Shown: positions 1 through 9,595, numbered from the stretch's first letter. The stretch is DNA of 64,000 nt from Bacteroidales bacterium (GCA_017438945.1 JAFRUI010000014.1:146360-210359), one strand, 5' to 3'. Notes: generated by a model from the sequence alone, not told the origin. A program made the numbers and translations.

Positions 1-490
1 TGAATTTGCTGATACGGGTGTTCAAGCCTTCGCATTCATCCTCGTTGTCGCGAATTTCCTCGGGAAGCTCGCCGCGGATCATGCGGATGTCATCAATCTT
101 GGTGCAAATTTGTTGCAGGTTGTACAGGGAAAGCAGTTTCTGCTCGATTGACAATTCCTCGGCGGTGCTTTGGGTGCTTTCGTGTTTTTTCACTTCCACA
201 ACCCCGTCAGAGGTTTTTTCGACGGTGACATCGTCATCTTCAATGATGGTTTCCACCACAAGTTTTTTGGCCACTTTTTGCTTAGGTTGCGGCACTTCCT
301 TCACCTCCTTCACTTCCACTTCTTCCACAACTTCCACTGTTTCCTCGGGCTTCTCCACTTTTTTCTCTTCCACTTGAGGAACCTTCACTCGTTTCGGAGT
401 GATTTTTTTCATTTTAGGAACAATTTTCTCTACTTTTGTTTTTTTTGTGCCGTTTTCAACCTCTTCTTCGGTAACTTTTTTCTTGGCCAT
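1..490 (-). CDS. COG1579/DUF164-type coiled-coil zinc-ribbon protein, 5' part only (runs off the window), with an E/K/V-rich N-terminal extension
   Basis: Not in the ORF track because there is no stop in the window. The reverse complement from ATG 490-488 reads MAKKKVTEEEVENG...AEELSIEQKLLSLYNLQQICTKIDDIRMIRGELPEEI. This is the typical start of the protein that follows nif3. The + strand ORFs 6-377 and 170-496 are its antisense shadows. Confidence 0.6.
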   Translation of the reverse strand, partial: MAKKKVTEEEVENGTKKTKVEKIVPKMKKITPKRVKVPQVEEKKVEKPEETVEVVEEVEVKEVKEVPQPKQKVAKKLVVETIIEDDDVTVEKTSDGVVEVKKHESTQSTAEELSIEQKLLSLYNLQQICTKIDDIRMIRGELPEEIRDNEDECEGLNTRISKF

Positions 491-520
491 ATTTGATTTA
501 ACTATTTGATTATCAATATT

Positions 521-1618
521 CTAAAAGTATTTAACCTCTAAAAATTCCAATTTAGAAATCAAAGTTGCAAATGTAGTAAATTTTTCGTTTAATAGTTGAT
601 ATATTATATTTTTGATAAAAAATTCACCTTCATAGTGACCGATATCCACCAATAGTGTGCCAGAATGGGACTTGAAGAAATCGTGATATTTAAAATCTCC
701 CGAAACGTATGCGTCCGCGCCCGAAGCGATGGCGAGGTCGATGAAACTGGAGCCGCCGCCGCCGCAGACGGCCACCTTGCGGATAATCCGCTCCGTGTTT
801 CCGGCATAGCGGAACGGAGGAAGTTTCAGTTTGTCTTTTAGGAAAGACAGGAAAGCTGTACCGGTCATCTCTTCCGGCAGCTCTCCGATGCGGCCGAGGC
901 CAATGGTGCGGCTTTCGTTCTCCAGCGGCAGCAGGTCGAAAGCGGGTTCCTCGTAGGGGTGGTTTTCGTAGAGGGTTTGGAGCACAGTTCGTTGCAAACC
1001 AGTAGGGTAGAGGACTTCGACCCGTTCCTCCGCCACATGTTCGAGGGTACCCTCCTGTCCGAGGAAGGGGTTGGCGCCGGCTTGCGGCCGGAACTGTCCG
1101 GTGCCGCTTATCGTGTAGGCGCATGAGTCGTAATTGCCTTGCACTCCGCAACCTGCAGCGAACAAGGCGGATTTGAGTTTTTCGGCGTGGTCGGTGGGCA
1201 CGAAGACCACCAGTTTGCGATACAAGCCTGTATGCGGAGCCAGTACTTTTACGTTTTGCAAACCGAGTTTTTCCGCGAAAGCGTCGTTGCCGCCGCCCTC
1301 GCCACTGTCGATATTTGTGTGCATGGAATAGAGTACCATGTTGTGTGCCAACGCTTTGCAGATCATCGCACCCACACGGTCGGTGGGCACAATCTTGTTG
1401 ATTCCGCGCTTCAGCATCAGTGGGTGGTGCGAAATCACGAGGTTGCAGCCCTTTTCAATGGCCTCGTCAATGACCTGCTCCGACATCTCGAAACAGACCA
1501 TCGCGCCGGTGATCTCCTGCGACACATCGCCGCACTGCACCCCGCAGTTGTCGAAGTCCTCCTGGAGGTACAATGGGAATTTTTGTTCTAAAAAGGTGGT
1601 TACGTCTTTGATTGTCAT
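521..1618 (-). CDS. Nif3-like dinuclear metal centre protein (GTP cyclohydrolase 1 type 2 homologue)
   Basis: 365 aa with a DFDNCGVQCGD N-terminal motif, ISHHPL and a C-terminal GHYEGE. The insert between the halves is typical of long NIF3 proteins. Confidence 0.85.
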   Translation of the reverse strand: MTIKDVTTFLEQKFPLYLQEDFDNCGVQCGDVSQEITGAMVCFEMSEQVIDEAIEKGCNLVISHHPLMLKRGINKIVPTDRVGAMICKALAHNMVLYSMHTNIDSGEGGGNDAFAEKLGLQNVKVLAPHTGLYRKLVVFVPTDHAEKLKSALFAAGCGVQGNYDSCAYTISGTGQFRPQAGANPFLGQEGTLEHVAEERVEVLYPTGLQRTVLQTLYENHPYEEPAFDLLPLENESRTIGLGRIGELPEEMTGTAFLSFLKDKLKLPPFRYAGNTERIIRKVAVCGGGGSSFIDLAIASGADAYVSGDFKYHDFFKSHSGTLLVDIGHYEGEFFIKNIIYQLLNEKFTTFATLISKLEFLEVKYF

Positions 1619-1625
1619 TGTTTTT

Positions 1626-1688
1626 GCGGTTTACGATTTACGATTTACGGTTTGCGACCTGAAACTTGAATCTTGAAACCTGAAACTA
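1626..1688. repeat. Heptamer tandem array, 9 units (GCGGTTT ACGATTT ACGATTT ACGGTTT GCGACCT GAAACTT GAATCTT GAAACCT GAAACTA)
   Basis: Read directly from the sequence with strict 7-nt phasing. It lies between the pnp terminator and the nif3 start. Confidence 0.9.
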
Positions 1689-1692
1689 TTAA

Positions 1693-1722
1693 AAGAGCGC
1701 CGTGACGATTCGCGGCGCTCTT
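1693..1722 (-). terminator. Rho-independent terminator of pnp
   Basis: A perfect 10-bp stem, AAGAGCGCCG / CGGCGCTCTT, followed on the minus strand by TTTTAAT. It lies 16 nt after the pnp stop. Confidence 0.75.
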
Positions 1723-1737
1723 CGTATGATGGGGAAA

Positions 1738-4041
1738 TTAGTCAAAATCGGGGAAGTCCCGTCTTTCCTGGCGGTGACGTTGGCCGTCGTGCTGGTTGCT
1801 GTTGCCCCGACGGGGAGCACCGCCTTGACGCCCGCGGTCACCACGATCACGGCCACCGTTACGGTCGCGGCCGCCGTTACGACCACCGTTACCACGCGGC
1901 TTTTCCTCTTCGTAACCCTCGGGTTTCGGGAGTAAAGCTCTGTGTGACAGTCTGTACTTGCCGGTCTTCTCATCGATTTCGATGAGCTTCACCTTGATCT
2001 TGTCGCCCACGTTGAGCACGTCAGCCACATTGTCGATACGGCGGTAAGCGATTTCGGAGACGTGCAGTAAACCGTCAGTGTTGGGTAGGAATTCCACGAA
2101 TGCACCGAAGTCGGTGATGGTCTTGACAGTGCCTTCGTAAATCTCACCCACTTCAGGAAGCGTGGTGATGAGTTTGATGCGCGCCATGGCAGCATTGATG
2201 TCATCCACGTTGGCGGCTGCGATGTCAATGATACCGAATTCACCGACCTCCTCAATGTTGATGACGGTGTTGGTCTCACGCTGCATCTCTTGGATGATCT
2301 TTCCTCCAGGTCCGATGACCGCGCCGATGAATTCGCGCGGGATTTGCATTTGGACGATACGCGGCACGAACGGACGGTAATCCTCTCTCGGTGCGGGCAT
2401 CGCTTCTTTGATCTTGCCAAGGATGAACATTCTGCCGCGGTGTGCCTGTGCCAAAGCTTCGGCCATCACTTCGGAAGAGAGTCCCTTGACCTTGATGTCC
2501 ATCTGGCAGGCAGTGATACCGTCTTCGGTACCGCAAACCTTAAAGTCCATGTCGCCGAGGTGGTCCTCGTCGCCGAGGATATCGGAGAGGATGGCGTAGC
2601 GGCCGGTAGCCTCATCGGTAATCAAGCCCATGGCGATACCGGAAACGGGCTTCTTCATCTTCACACCGCAATCAAGCAGCGCGAGGGTGCCAGCGCAAAC
2701 CGTTGCCATAGAGGAACTTCCGTTGGATTCGAGAATGTCGGAAACCAAGCGGACAGTATAGGGGAATGACGGATCGTCGAACGGAATCATCGGTTTGAGG
2801 GCGCGTTTGGCCAAGTTGCCGTGACCGACTTCGCGACGGGAGGTGCTGCCGATACGTTTCACCTCACCCACGCTGTAGGGAGGGAAGTTGTAGTGCAGCA
2901 GGAAACGGCTGGTGCCATCCACTACGGCGCCGTCGATGATCTGCTCGTCGAGCTTGGTGCCGAGCGTGCAGGTGGTCAAAGACTGGGTTTCACCGCGGGT
3001 GAAGATGGCGGAACCGTGTGCGGACGGCAGATAACCGGTCTCAATCCAGATGGGACGGATGTCCTCGGTGTGGCGGCCGTCGAGACGGATGCGCTCGTCG
3101 AGGATCATGTTGCGCATGGCGTGCCACAGGATTTCGTCGTAGTAGCGTTTCACCATCACGGCCTTCTCGTCGCGCTCCTCTTCGGGAATGGTCTCGATGA
3201 AGTCGGCGAGAATTTGGTCGAAATCGGCGTTGCGGTCTTGTTTGCCCTTGAAGGACTTGGCGACGGCATACACTTTGTCGTAAAGTTCGGTATTCATACG
3301 CTCACGGATGGCCTCGTCGTCGGTCTCGTGGCAGTATTCGCGTTTCGGGTTGGCGGTGGGCACCTGTGCGGCGAGATCCAACTGCGCCTGGCACTGCACT
3401 TTGATGGCTTCCTTGGCGAAATTGAGGGCGGCGACCATGTCGTCCTCGGAAATCTCATTCATCTCGCCTTCCACCATCATGATGTTGTCCATGGAGGCGG
3501 CCACGATCATGTCGATGTCGGAGCGTTCCATATCCTCAACGGTGGGGTTCACCACGAGTTGTCCGTCCACGCGGCCCACGCGCACCTCGGAAATCGGGCA
3601 CTCGAAGGGGATGTTGGAAACGGCGATAGCGGAAGAAGCTGCGAGACAGGCGAGGCAGTCGGGCAGGAAGTTCTTGTCGCCAGAAATCAGCGTCACAACG
3701 ACCTGAGTTTCAGCGTGGAAATTCTTGGGGAAGAGGGGACGGATGGCGCGGTCCACCAGACGGGCGATGAGGATCTCATACTCGGAAGGGCGTGCTTCGC
3801 GTTTGAAGAAACCGCCGGGGAAACGACCCACAGCGCCGTATTTTTCCTGATATTCAACTTGGAGAGGCATGAAGTCAGTGCCTTCAACGGCCTCTTTTTT
3901 GCAACACACGGTTGCGAGCAACATGGTGTTGCCCATGGTGACGACAGCAGCGCCGTCGGCCTGCTTCGCCAGCTTGCCGGTTTCAATCGTAACCATACGA
4001 CCGTCACCGATATCGAAAGTTGTTCTTACTCCTAAATTCAT
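1738..4041 (-). CDS. pnp: Polynucleotide phosphorylase with a C-terminal Arg/Gly-rich tail
   Basis: Two RNase PH domains, KH and S1 ([20 protein letters not shown]). The track ORF starts at TTG 4080. ATG 4041 ([14 protein letters not shown]) fits PNPase N-termini better. Confidence 0.95.
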   Translation of the reverse strand: MNLGVRTTFDIGDGRMVTIETGKLAKQADGAAVVTMGNTMLLATVCCKKEAVEGTDFMPLQVEYQEKYGAVGRFPGGFFKREARPSEYEILIARLVDRAIRPLFPKNFHAETQVVVTLISGDKNFLPDCLACLAASSAIAVSNIPFECPISEVRVGRVDGQLVVNPTVEDMERSDIDMIVAASMDNIMMVEGEMNEISEDDMVAALNFAKEAIKVQCQAQLDLAAQVPTANPKREYCHETDDEAIRERMNTELYDKVYAVAKSFKGKQDRNADFDQILADFIETIPEEERDEKAVMVKRYYDEILWHAMRNMILDERIRLDGRHTEDIRPIWIETGYLPSAHGSAIFTRGETQSLTTCTLGTKLDEQIIDGAVVDGTSRFLLHYNFPPYSVGEVKRIGSTSRREVGHGNLAKRALKPMIPFDDPSFPYTVRLVSDILESNGSSSMATVCAGTLALLDCGVKMKKPVSGIAMGLITDEATGRYAILSDILGDEDHLGDMDFKVCGTEDGITACQMDIKVKGLSSEVMAEALAQAHRGRMFILGKIKEAMPAPREDYRPFVPRIVQMQIPREFIGAVIGPGGKIIQEMQRETNTVINIEEVGEFGIIDIAAANVDDINAAMARIKLITTLPEVGEIYEGTVKTITDFGAFVEFLPNTDGLLHVSEIAYRRIDNVADVLNVGDKIKVKLIEIDEKTGKYRLSHRALLPKPEGYEEEKPRGNGGRNGGRDRNGGRDRGDRGRQGGAPRRGNSNQHDGQRHRQERRDFPDFD

Positions 4042-4086
4042 AATGTTTTTTTTTAGATGTACGAGTTTCGACAATAACAAATATTC

Positions 4087-4118
4087 AAAAAGGCAATTTT
4101 CATCAAAATTGCCTTTTT
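4087..4118 (-). terminator. rpsO terminator / pnp leader hairpin
   Basis: A perfect 14-bp stem, AAAAAGGCAATTTT / AAAATTGCCTTTTT, with a 4-nt loop in the rpsO-pnp spacer. Confidence 0.7.
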
Positions 4119-4143
4119 GAATACTGAAATCGCCTGTAAAAAA

Positions 4144-4413
4144 TTATTTTCTTAAGCCTAATTCTTTGATTAACGCTCTGTAGCGTTCAATGTCTTGTTG
4201 TTTGAGGTACTCGAGCATTTTTTTGCGCTTACCGACCAGGGTAATCAGGGCGCGTTTGGTCACGCGGTCGCTGTGGTTTTCTTTCACATGCTCGGTCAAA
4301 TGTTTGATGCGGTGTGTAAACAGGGCAACTTGAGCTTCGGGGGAGCCGGTGTCCTTTTCGTTTTTACCGTACTTCGTGAAAATTTCTTTCTTAACGTCGT
4401 TTGTCAAATACAT
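4144..4413 (-). CDS. rpsO: 30S ribosomal protein S15
   Basis: 89 aa with GSPEAQVALFTHRIKHLTEH. Classic rpsO-pnp synteny. Confidence 0.97.
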   Translation of the reverse strand: MYLTNDVKKEIFTKYGKNEKDTGSPEAQVALFTHRIKHLTEHVKENHSDRVTKRALITLVGKRKKMLEYLKQQDIERYRALIKELGLRK

Positions 4414-4464
4414 AACTTCTAACTGCTTTTAATTTATCTTTTTAACCTATTTTTAAATCGGCGG

Positions 4465-4472
4465 CAAAAATA
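4465..4472 (-). promoter_or_regulatory. Bacteroidota -7 box TATTTTTG for rpsO
   Basis: Matches TAnnTTTG on the minus strand, 52 nt upstream of the rpsO ATG. Confidence 0.5.
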
Positions 4473-4600
4473 CACTTTTTTCTTATATATCGCATGACGG
4501 ACGTACTATTTTTTATTTGGGCTACAGACATGCAACCGCTAACGCGGTTGGTCATCACGATCACTCACACTATTCACTGTTCACCATTCACAAAAAATTG

Positions 4601-4608
4601 TATCTTTG
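4601..4608 (+). promoter_or_regulatory. -7 box TATCTTTG for the dsrC-like gene
   Basis: Matches TAnnTTTG, 23 nt upstream of ATG 4631. Confidence 0.5.
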
Positions 4609-4630
4609 CGCCTCTAAAAAAATTATCATT

Positions 4631-4948
4631 ATGGCAAATATTGAATTCAATAACAAGACCTACGAGATGGACGGCGACGGCTTCATGGTCCATCCGGAAG
4701 AATGGAACAAGGAACTGGCTGCGGAAATCGCCAAGGCCGACGGTATCACGGAGATGACCGAGAATCACTGGAAGGTGGTCGATTGCATCCGTGCCAACTA
4801 CGAGGAAAAAGGCATCGCCCCGATGGTCCGCACCATCTGCAAGACCGCCAATCTGAAACTGAAAGACATCTACGAACTCTTCCCGCTGGGTCCCGCGAGA
4901 GGTGCCTGCCGTGTGGCCGGTCTTCCCAAACCCGAAGGCTGCGTATAA
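4631..4948 (+). CDS. DsrC/TusE family sulfur-relay protein, DsrC type with two C-terminal cysteines
   Basis: MANIEFNNKTYEMDGDGFM... ends in GACRVAGLPKPEGCV, the Cys-X10-Cys C-terminal arm. The track ORF from 4517 reads through the promoter box, so ATG 4631 is preferred. Confidence 0.8.
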   Translation: MANIEFNNKTYEMDGDGFMVHPEEWNKELAAEIAKADGITEMTENHWKVVDCIRANYEEKGIAPMVRTICKTANLKLKDIYELFPLGPARGACRVAGLPKPEGCV

Positions 4949-4950
4949 TC

Positions 4951-5028
4951 GGCTTTTAGCTTTTAGCTATTAGCTTTTGGCTACGAGGTGTTCGCCAACA
5001 GCCAATGGCCAATAGCTAATAGCCAAAG
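4951..5028. repeat. Head-to-head heptamer arrays: (GGCTTTT/AGCTTTT/AGCTATT) x4.7, a 10-12 nt spacer, then (GCCAACA/GCCAATG/GCCAATA/GCTAATA) x5
   Basis: Starts 3 nt after the stop codon. The two arms are imperfectly complementary, with about 25 of 31 positions pairing by hand. Confidence 0.85.
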
Positions 5029-5081
5029 TCATAGATGCATAAATAATATAGGCTAAATCAACAAAACTTAAACTTGTAATT

Positions 5082-5732
5082 ATGAGTATAATGCAATATC
5101 TGGCGATAGCCGCGGCGGTTTATTGCCTTGTTAGTTTATTCGTGCATTTTGTCAGGATTGTGCGCCTCGGTGCCCCGAAGGACAAGTCGGAGCCGAGCGG
5201 CAGTGTGAAGGAGGGCGTGATTTACGCCAACACCCGTGCCATGATGCCCGACCAGAAGGAGTCGGCATACTTGCATTTGCCTTCTTACGCCACGGGCATG
5301 TTGTTCCACATCGGTGTGTTCACCTGCTTGTTGATCTTTGTGCTCTCCTTCTTTCCGTTTTTCAACCGCTGGATTTCCGCTTGCAATTGGCATCTGCTTT
5401 TGGCCATTCCCGCCGCGCTGGGGACCGTCTGTGGCGTTGTCTTGTTTATCAGAAGAGTGGTTTCCAAAGATTTGAAGGTGCTTTCTATGCCGGATGACTT
5501 CATTTCCACATGCTTGGTCACCTTCTTTCAATTGATGACCACACTTTACCTGTGCTTCCCAACTTGTTGTGGAGCTATTACAATATTATATTATATAAGC
5601 TGCATCCTGCTGTTCCTCTACATGCCGTTGGGCAAGTTGCGCCATGCGGTCTATTATTTCGCGGCGCGCTATCATTTGGGATTTTTCTACGGCTGGCGGA
5701 ATGTGTGGCCGAATCACGAAAATAAAAAGTAA
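5082..5732 (+). CDS. Five-TM membrane protein resembling NarI / DsrM (nitrate reductase gamma-like cytochrome b)
   Basis: 216 aa with 5 predicted TM helices. GMLFHIGVF resembles NarI SNLFHIGIL, and PLGKLRHAVYYF resembles NarI PFSRLIHIWSVP. The second His of each helix pair is not seen. Confidence 0.5.
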   Translation: MSIMQYLAIAAAVYCLVSLFVHFVRIVRLGAPKDKSEPSGSVKEGVIYANTRAMMPDQKESAYLHLPSYATGMLFHIGVFTCLLIFVLSFFPFFNRWISACNWHLLLAIPAALGTVCGVVLFIRRVVSKDLKVLSMPDDFISTCLVTFFQLMTTLYLCFPTCCGAITILYYISCILLFLYMPLGKLRHAVYYFAARYHLGFFYGWRNVWPNHENKK

Positions 5733-5738
5733 ACCATT

Positions 5739-7145
5739 ATGAGACTCGACTTTTTAGGTGCGACCGAAGAGGTCACTGGCAGCAAGTTCCTGCTGACCAC
5801 CAAGGACGGAATTAAGATATTGCTGGACTGCGGAATGTACCAAGGCAAGGGTTTGGAGACCGATGCCATGAACCGCGATTTAGGCTTTGACCCGACCAAG
5901 ATCGACATCGTGTTGCTCTCGCACGCGCATATCGACCACGCCGGGCTTATACCATATATATATAAGTTGGGATTCCGCGGCAAGGTGTTCTGCACCCCCG
6001 CCACCCGCGACCTCTGCGCCATCATGCTGGCCGACTCGGGCAGAATCCAGGAGGCCGATGCGCGGCAGTTCAACAAGAAGACCGAACGCGTGGGCAAGAC
6101 CCCCATCGAGCCGATTTACAACGAGAAGGACGCGGTGGAATGTATGCGGCTCTTCATCAGCATCCCGCGCGGGCTGCACTTCAACATTACCCCGACCGTG
6201 GCCATCGACTTCATTGACAGCGGCCACATGCTCGGCAGCAGTGCCATCTACCTCACTTTCAAGGAAGGCCGCAAGACCCGTACGCTCTGCTATACCGGCG
6301 ACGTGGGCCGCTATGACAAGCGCATCCTGCCCGACCCGGAGCCGTTCCCCTACGCCGACTACATCATCACCGAATCCACCTACGGTGACCGCTTGCACTC
6401 CACTTTGGACGAAGCAGACAAGGAGCTGATGCTCGTGGTGCGCGACGCGTGTGCGAAGCGCAAGGGCAAACTGCTCATTCCTTCGTTCGCCATCGGCAGG
6501 ACACAGGAGATTGTCTATACGCTGCACCGTTTGGAACTCGCCGGCGACCTGCCCGACATCGAATGTTTCGTGGATAGTCCGTTGGCTTGCTCCGCCACTA
6601 ACATTTTCCGTTTGCACGACGACTGCTTCAACGAGGAGATGCGGCAGTTCATGGCTGCCACGAAGGATCCTTTCGGTTTCGACAAGCTCTCATACGTGCG
6701 CACCATCGACGACTCCAAGGCGCTGAACGAGCATAACCGTCCATGCATCATCATCTCCGCCTCCGGCATGATGGAGGCCGGGCGTATCAAACACCACCTG
6801 GCCAACAACATTGAGAACCCGAAGACCACCATCCTGTGTGTGGGTTACTGCGCCCCGACCACGTTGGGAGCAAAGATTATGCGCGGTGACGAAACCGTTT
6901 CCATCTTCGGTAACGAGTATAAAGTCCGCGCCACCCTCGCCCGCATCGACGCCTTCTCCGGTCACGGCGACTACAGCGAGCTCATCCGCTATCTCTCCTG
7001 CCAGAAGGGCAACAAGAAGCTCAAGAAAATCTTCGTTGTCCACGGTGAGAACGATGCGCGTGATGCCTACGCAAAACATTTGAAGGATGCCGGTTTCAAG
7101 CAGGCGTACGTGCCGAAGTTCCGGGAATCGATTGAATTGGAGTAA
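5739..7145 (+). CDS. MBL-fold beta-CASP ribonuclease-like hydrolase
   Basis: 468 aa with HAHIDHAG, beta-CASP-like motifs and a C-terminal HGE. It starts 6 nt after the previous gene. Confidence 0.8.
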   Translation: MRLDFLGATEEVTGSKFLLTTKDGIKILLDCGMYQGKGLETDAMNRDLGFDPTKIDIVLLSHAHIDHAGLIPYIYKLGFRGKVFCTPATRDLCAIMLADSGRIQEADARQFNKKTERVGKTPIEPIYNEKDAVECMRLFISIPRGLHFNITPTVAIDFIDSGHMLGSSAIYLTFKEGRKTRTLCYTGDVGRYDKRILPDPEPFPYADYIITESTYGDRLHSTLDEADKELMLVVRDACAKRKGKLLIPSFAIGRTQEIVYTLHRLELAGDLPDIECFVDSPLACSATNIFRLHDDCFNEEMRQFMAATKDPFGFDKLSYVRTIDDSKALNEHNRPCIIISASGMMEAGRIKHHLANNIENPKTTILCVGYCAPTTLGAKIMRGDETVSIFGNEYKVRATLARIDAFSGHGDYSELIRYLSCQKGNKKLKKIFVVHGENDARDAYAKHLKDAGFKQAYVPKFRESIELE

Positions 7146-7180
7146 GCTGGCTGTTAGCTTTTAGCCGTTGGCTGTTGGCT
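7146..7180. repeat. Heptamer array, 5 units (GCTGGCT GTTAGCT TTTAGCC GTTGGCT GTTGGCT)
   Basis: Starts at the first nucleotide after the stop codon. Confidence 0.9.
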
Positions 7181-7255
7181 ATACATAGACAAAAACATAA
7201 ACTAATGATATAGACAATGGCCTTTTTTAATAATCATACTTCACCAAAAAGAAAA

Positions 7256-8131
7256 ATGAACCAACAAAACATTCTCATCACAGGAGCTAACGGTCAATTA
7301 GGTCACTGTTTGCGTGATGTGGCGGAAGCGTATCAAGAAAATTATCGCTACTTCTACACAGATGTGGAGGAATTGGATATAACGGATGCGGAGGCGATTG
7401 ACAATTATATTATAGACAATCAAATCAACGTCATTATTAACGCTGCGGCATATACAGCGGTGGATAAAGCTGAAGACGACGAGGAGAATGCCTACCGGCT
7501 CAACTGCACAGCGGTTGGGAATCTGGCGAAGGTTGCGAAAAAGCACGGACTCCTGTTGGTACACATCTCCACAGACTACGTTTTCTCCGGCGAATTGGCC
7601 ACGCCATACGTGGAGACGGATACGCCCGCGCCGAAGTCGGTGTATGGAAGCACGAAATTGGCTGGCGAGCAGGCGATCGTGGAGAGCGGTTGCCGGGCAA
7701 TCATTATCCGCACGTCGTGGCTCTATTCCGAATATGGTAACAATTTCGTGAAGACGATGTTGCGATTGGGAGCGGAACGGGAGAACTTGCGGGTGGTGTG
7801 CGACCAGATCGGAGGCCCGACATACGCCGGAGACCTCGCCAGAGTCATTTTCCATTTGGTTGAGAATGGAGTAGGGCATTCTGGTACAGAGTTTTACCAC
7901 TTCGCCAACGAAGGTGTCTGCAGCTGGTTCGACTTCTCGAGAGCCATCATGGATATGGCCGGATTGCCATGCCGTGTTGAAGCGATTTCAACGTCGGAAT
8001 ATCCCGCAAAAGCGCATCGTCCACCCTTTTCTGTGTTTAATTTGAGGAAAATCAAAACGGCCACTAAAAAGGATATACCTTATTGGAGAGACAGTTTGGC
8101 GCTGGTGGTCAATAAGTTACAAGAAAAATAA
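7256..8131 (+). CDS. rfbD: dTDP-4-dehydrorhamnose reductase
   Basis: ILITGANGQLG Rossmann motif and STDYVFSG. ATG 7256 is preferred over 7217. Confidence 0.9.
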   Translation: MNQQNILITGANGQLGHCLRDVAEAYQENYRYFYTDVEELDITDAEAIDNYIIDNQINVIINAAAYTAVDKAEDDEENAYRLNCTAVGNLAKVAKKHGLLLVHISTDYVFSGELATPYVETDTPAPKSVYGSTKLAGEQAIVESGCRAIIIRTSWLYSEYGNNFVKTMLRLGAERENLRVVCDQIGGPTYAGDLARVIFHLVENGVGHSGTEFYHFANEGVCSWFDFSRAIMDMAGLPCRVEAISTSEYPAKAHRPPFSVFNLRKIKTATKKDIPYWRDSLALVVNKLQEK

Positions 8132-8170
8132 AAAAAATTACACAGGAGGGTGAAGTATTAAAAAAAAGTG

Positions 8171-8178
8171 TATTTTTG
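8171..8178 (+). promoter_or_regulatory. -7 box TATTTTTG for tRNA-Thr / tuf
   Basis: Matches TAnnTTTG, 51 nt upstream of the tRNA. Confidence 0.5.
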
Positions 8179-8228
8179 CGCACCTTATTTCCCGATGTGG
8201 GAAACGTTCTTTTTTATCGAAAAAAAAA

Positions 8229-8300
8229 GCCGTTGTAGCTCAGTGGTAGAGTACATCCTTGGTAAGGATGGGGTCATGAGTTCAACTCTCATCAACGGCT
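8229..8300 (+). tRNA. tRNA-Thr (anticodon GGT)
   Basis: Acceptor stem GCCGTTG / CAACGGC, anticodon loop TTGGTAA and T arm GGGTCATGAGTTCAACTCTCATC. Length 72 nt. Confidence 0.9.
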
Positions 8301-8357
8301 CTTTTTTTTTTGAAACGAACATAAGGATTAAAAATTAATAACATAAATTTATAAAAA

Positions 8358-9545
8358 ATGGCAAAAGAAAAATTTGAACGTACTAAACCCCACGTGAACG
8401 TGGGTACAATCGGTCACATCGACCACGGTAAAACTACTCTTACCGCTGCCATCACCACCGTGTTGGCTGAAAAAGGTCTCTCTGAACTCAGATCTTTCGA
8501 TTCTATCGATAACGCCCCTGAGGAAAAAGAGCGTGGTATCACCATTAACACCGCTCACATTGAGTACCAAACCGCTAACCGTCACTACGCACACGTTGAC
8601 TGTCCTGGTCACGCCGACTATGTGAAGAACATGGTAACGGGTGCTGCCCAGATGGATGGCGCTATCCTCGTTGTGGCTGCTACCGATGGTCCTATGCCTC
8701 AAACTCGTGAGCACATCCTGTTGGCAAAGCAGGTTGGCGTGCCGAGAATGGTTGTCTTCATGAACAAGGTTGACCTTGTTGATGACCCCGAGCTTCTCGA
8801 CCTCGTTGAAATGGAAATCCGTGACCTTCTCACGTTCTACGGTTTCGACGGCGACAACACTCCCGTTATCCGTGGTTCCGCCCTCGGTGGCTTGAACCTC
8901 GAGCCGAAGTGGGTTGAGAAGATCGTTGAACTGATGGATGCCGTTGACACTTGGATTCCGCTGCCTCCTCGTGATGTTGATAAAGACTTCCTCATGCCTG
9001 TTGAGGACGTGTTCTCCATCACCGGTCGTGGTACCGTGGCTACCGGCCGTATCGAAACTGGTATCGTCCACACTGGCGATCCCGTCGATATCATCGGTAT
9101 GGGTGCTGAAAAACTGAAATCTGTCGTGACGGGTGTGGAAATGTTCCGCAAGATCCTCGACGATGGTGAAGCTGGTGATAACGTGGGTCTTCTGCTCCGC
9201 GGTATCGACAAGGATGAAATCCGTCGTGGTATGGTTATCGCGAAACCCGGTTCCATCCATCCTCACAAACAATTCAAGGCTTCTGTCTATGTGCTGAAGA
9301 AAGAAGAAGGTGGTCGTCACACTCCGTTTGGCAACAACTACCGTCCTCAATTCTACTTCCGTACCACGGACGTTACCGGTGCCATCACCCTGCCTGCTGG
9401 CGTGGAAATGGTTATGCCTGGTGATAATATCGAGATCAAGGTTGACCTGCTCTCTGAAATCGCTTTGAACCAAAACCTCCGTTTCGCTATCCGCGAAGGT
9501 GGTCGTACGGTCGGCGCTGGTCAGGTTACTGAAATCTTAGACTAA
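8358..9545 (+). CDS. tuf: Elongation factor Tu
   Basis: 395 aa with [18 protein letters not shown] and NKVD. Confidence 0.99.
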   Translation: MAKEKFERTKPHVNVGTIGHIDHGKTTLTAAITTVLAEKGLSELRSFDSIDNAPEEKERGITINTAHIEYQTANRHYAHVDCPGHADYVKNMVTGAAQMDGAILVVAATDGPMPQTREHILLAKQVGVPRMVVFMNKVDLVDDPELLDLVEMEIRDLLTFYGFDGDNTPVIRGSALGGLNLEPKWVEKIVELMDAVDTWIPLPPRDVDKDFLMPVEDVFSITGRGTVATGRIETGIVHTGDPVDIIGMGAEKLKSVVTGVEMFRKILDDGEAGDNVGLLLRGIDKDEIRRGMVIAKPGSIHPHKQFKASVYVLKKEEGGRHTPFGNNYRPQFYFRTTDVTGAITLPAGVEMVMPGDNIEIKVDLLSEIALNQNLRFAIREGGRTVGAGQVTEILD

Positions 9546-9566
9546 TTTAACACCAAAATACGAAAA

Positions 9567-9593
9567 ATCGGGGTACGCATGTGCCCCGATTTT
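9567..9593 (+). terminator. tuf terminator hairpin
   Basis: ATCGGGGTAC GCAT GTGCCCCGAT followed by TTT. Confidence 0.6.
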
Positions 9594-9595
9594 AC

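Noticed and set aside
6-496. The + strand ORFs 6-377 and 170-496, with Ser/Thr/Phe-rich products.
   Set aside because: They are antisense shadows of the minus-strand gene that starts at ATG 490. That gene is E/K/V-rich and leads into the COG1579 coiled coil.
8349-9473. A 374-aa ORF antisense to tuf. Similar long antisense ORFs occur at 2821-4035 (pnp), 5880-6617 (beta-CASP gene), 23506-24291 (galM), 28336-29337 (galK), 31017-31982 (VanX-like gene), 47077-48222 (fucosidase gene), 56999-57622 (lon) and 61568-62530 (coiled-coil gene).
   Set aside because: Each lies fully within a gene that has unmistakable family motifs on the opposite strand. Their products are low-complexity (V/G/H/D-rich), as expected for the reverse frame of codon-biased genes.
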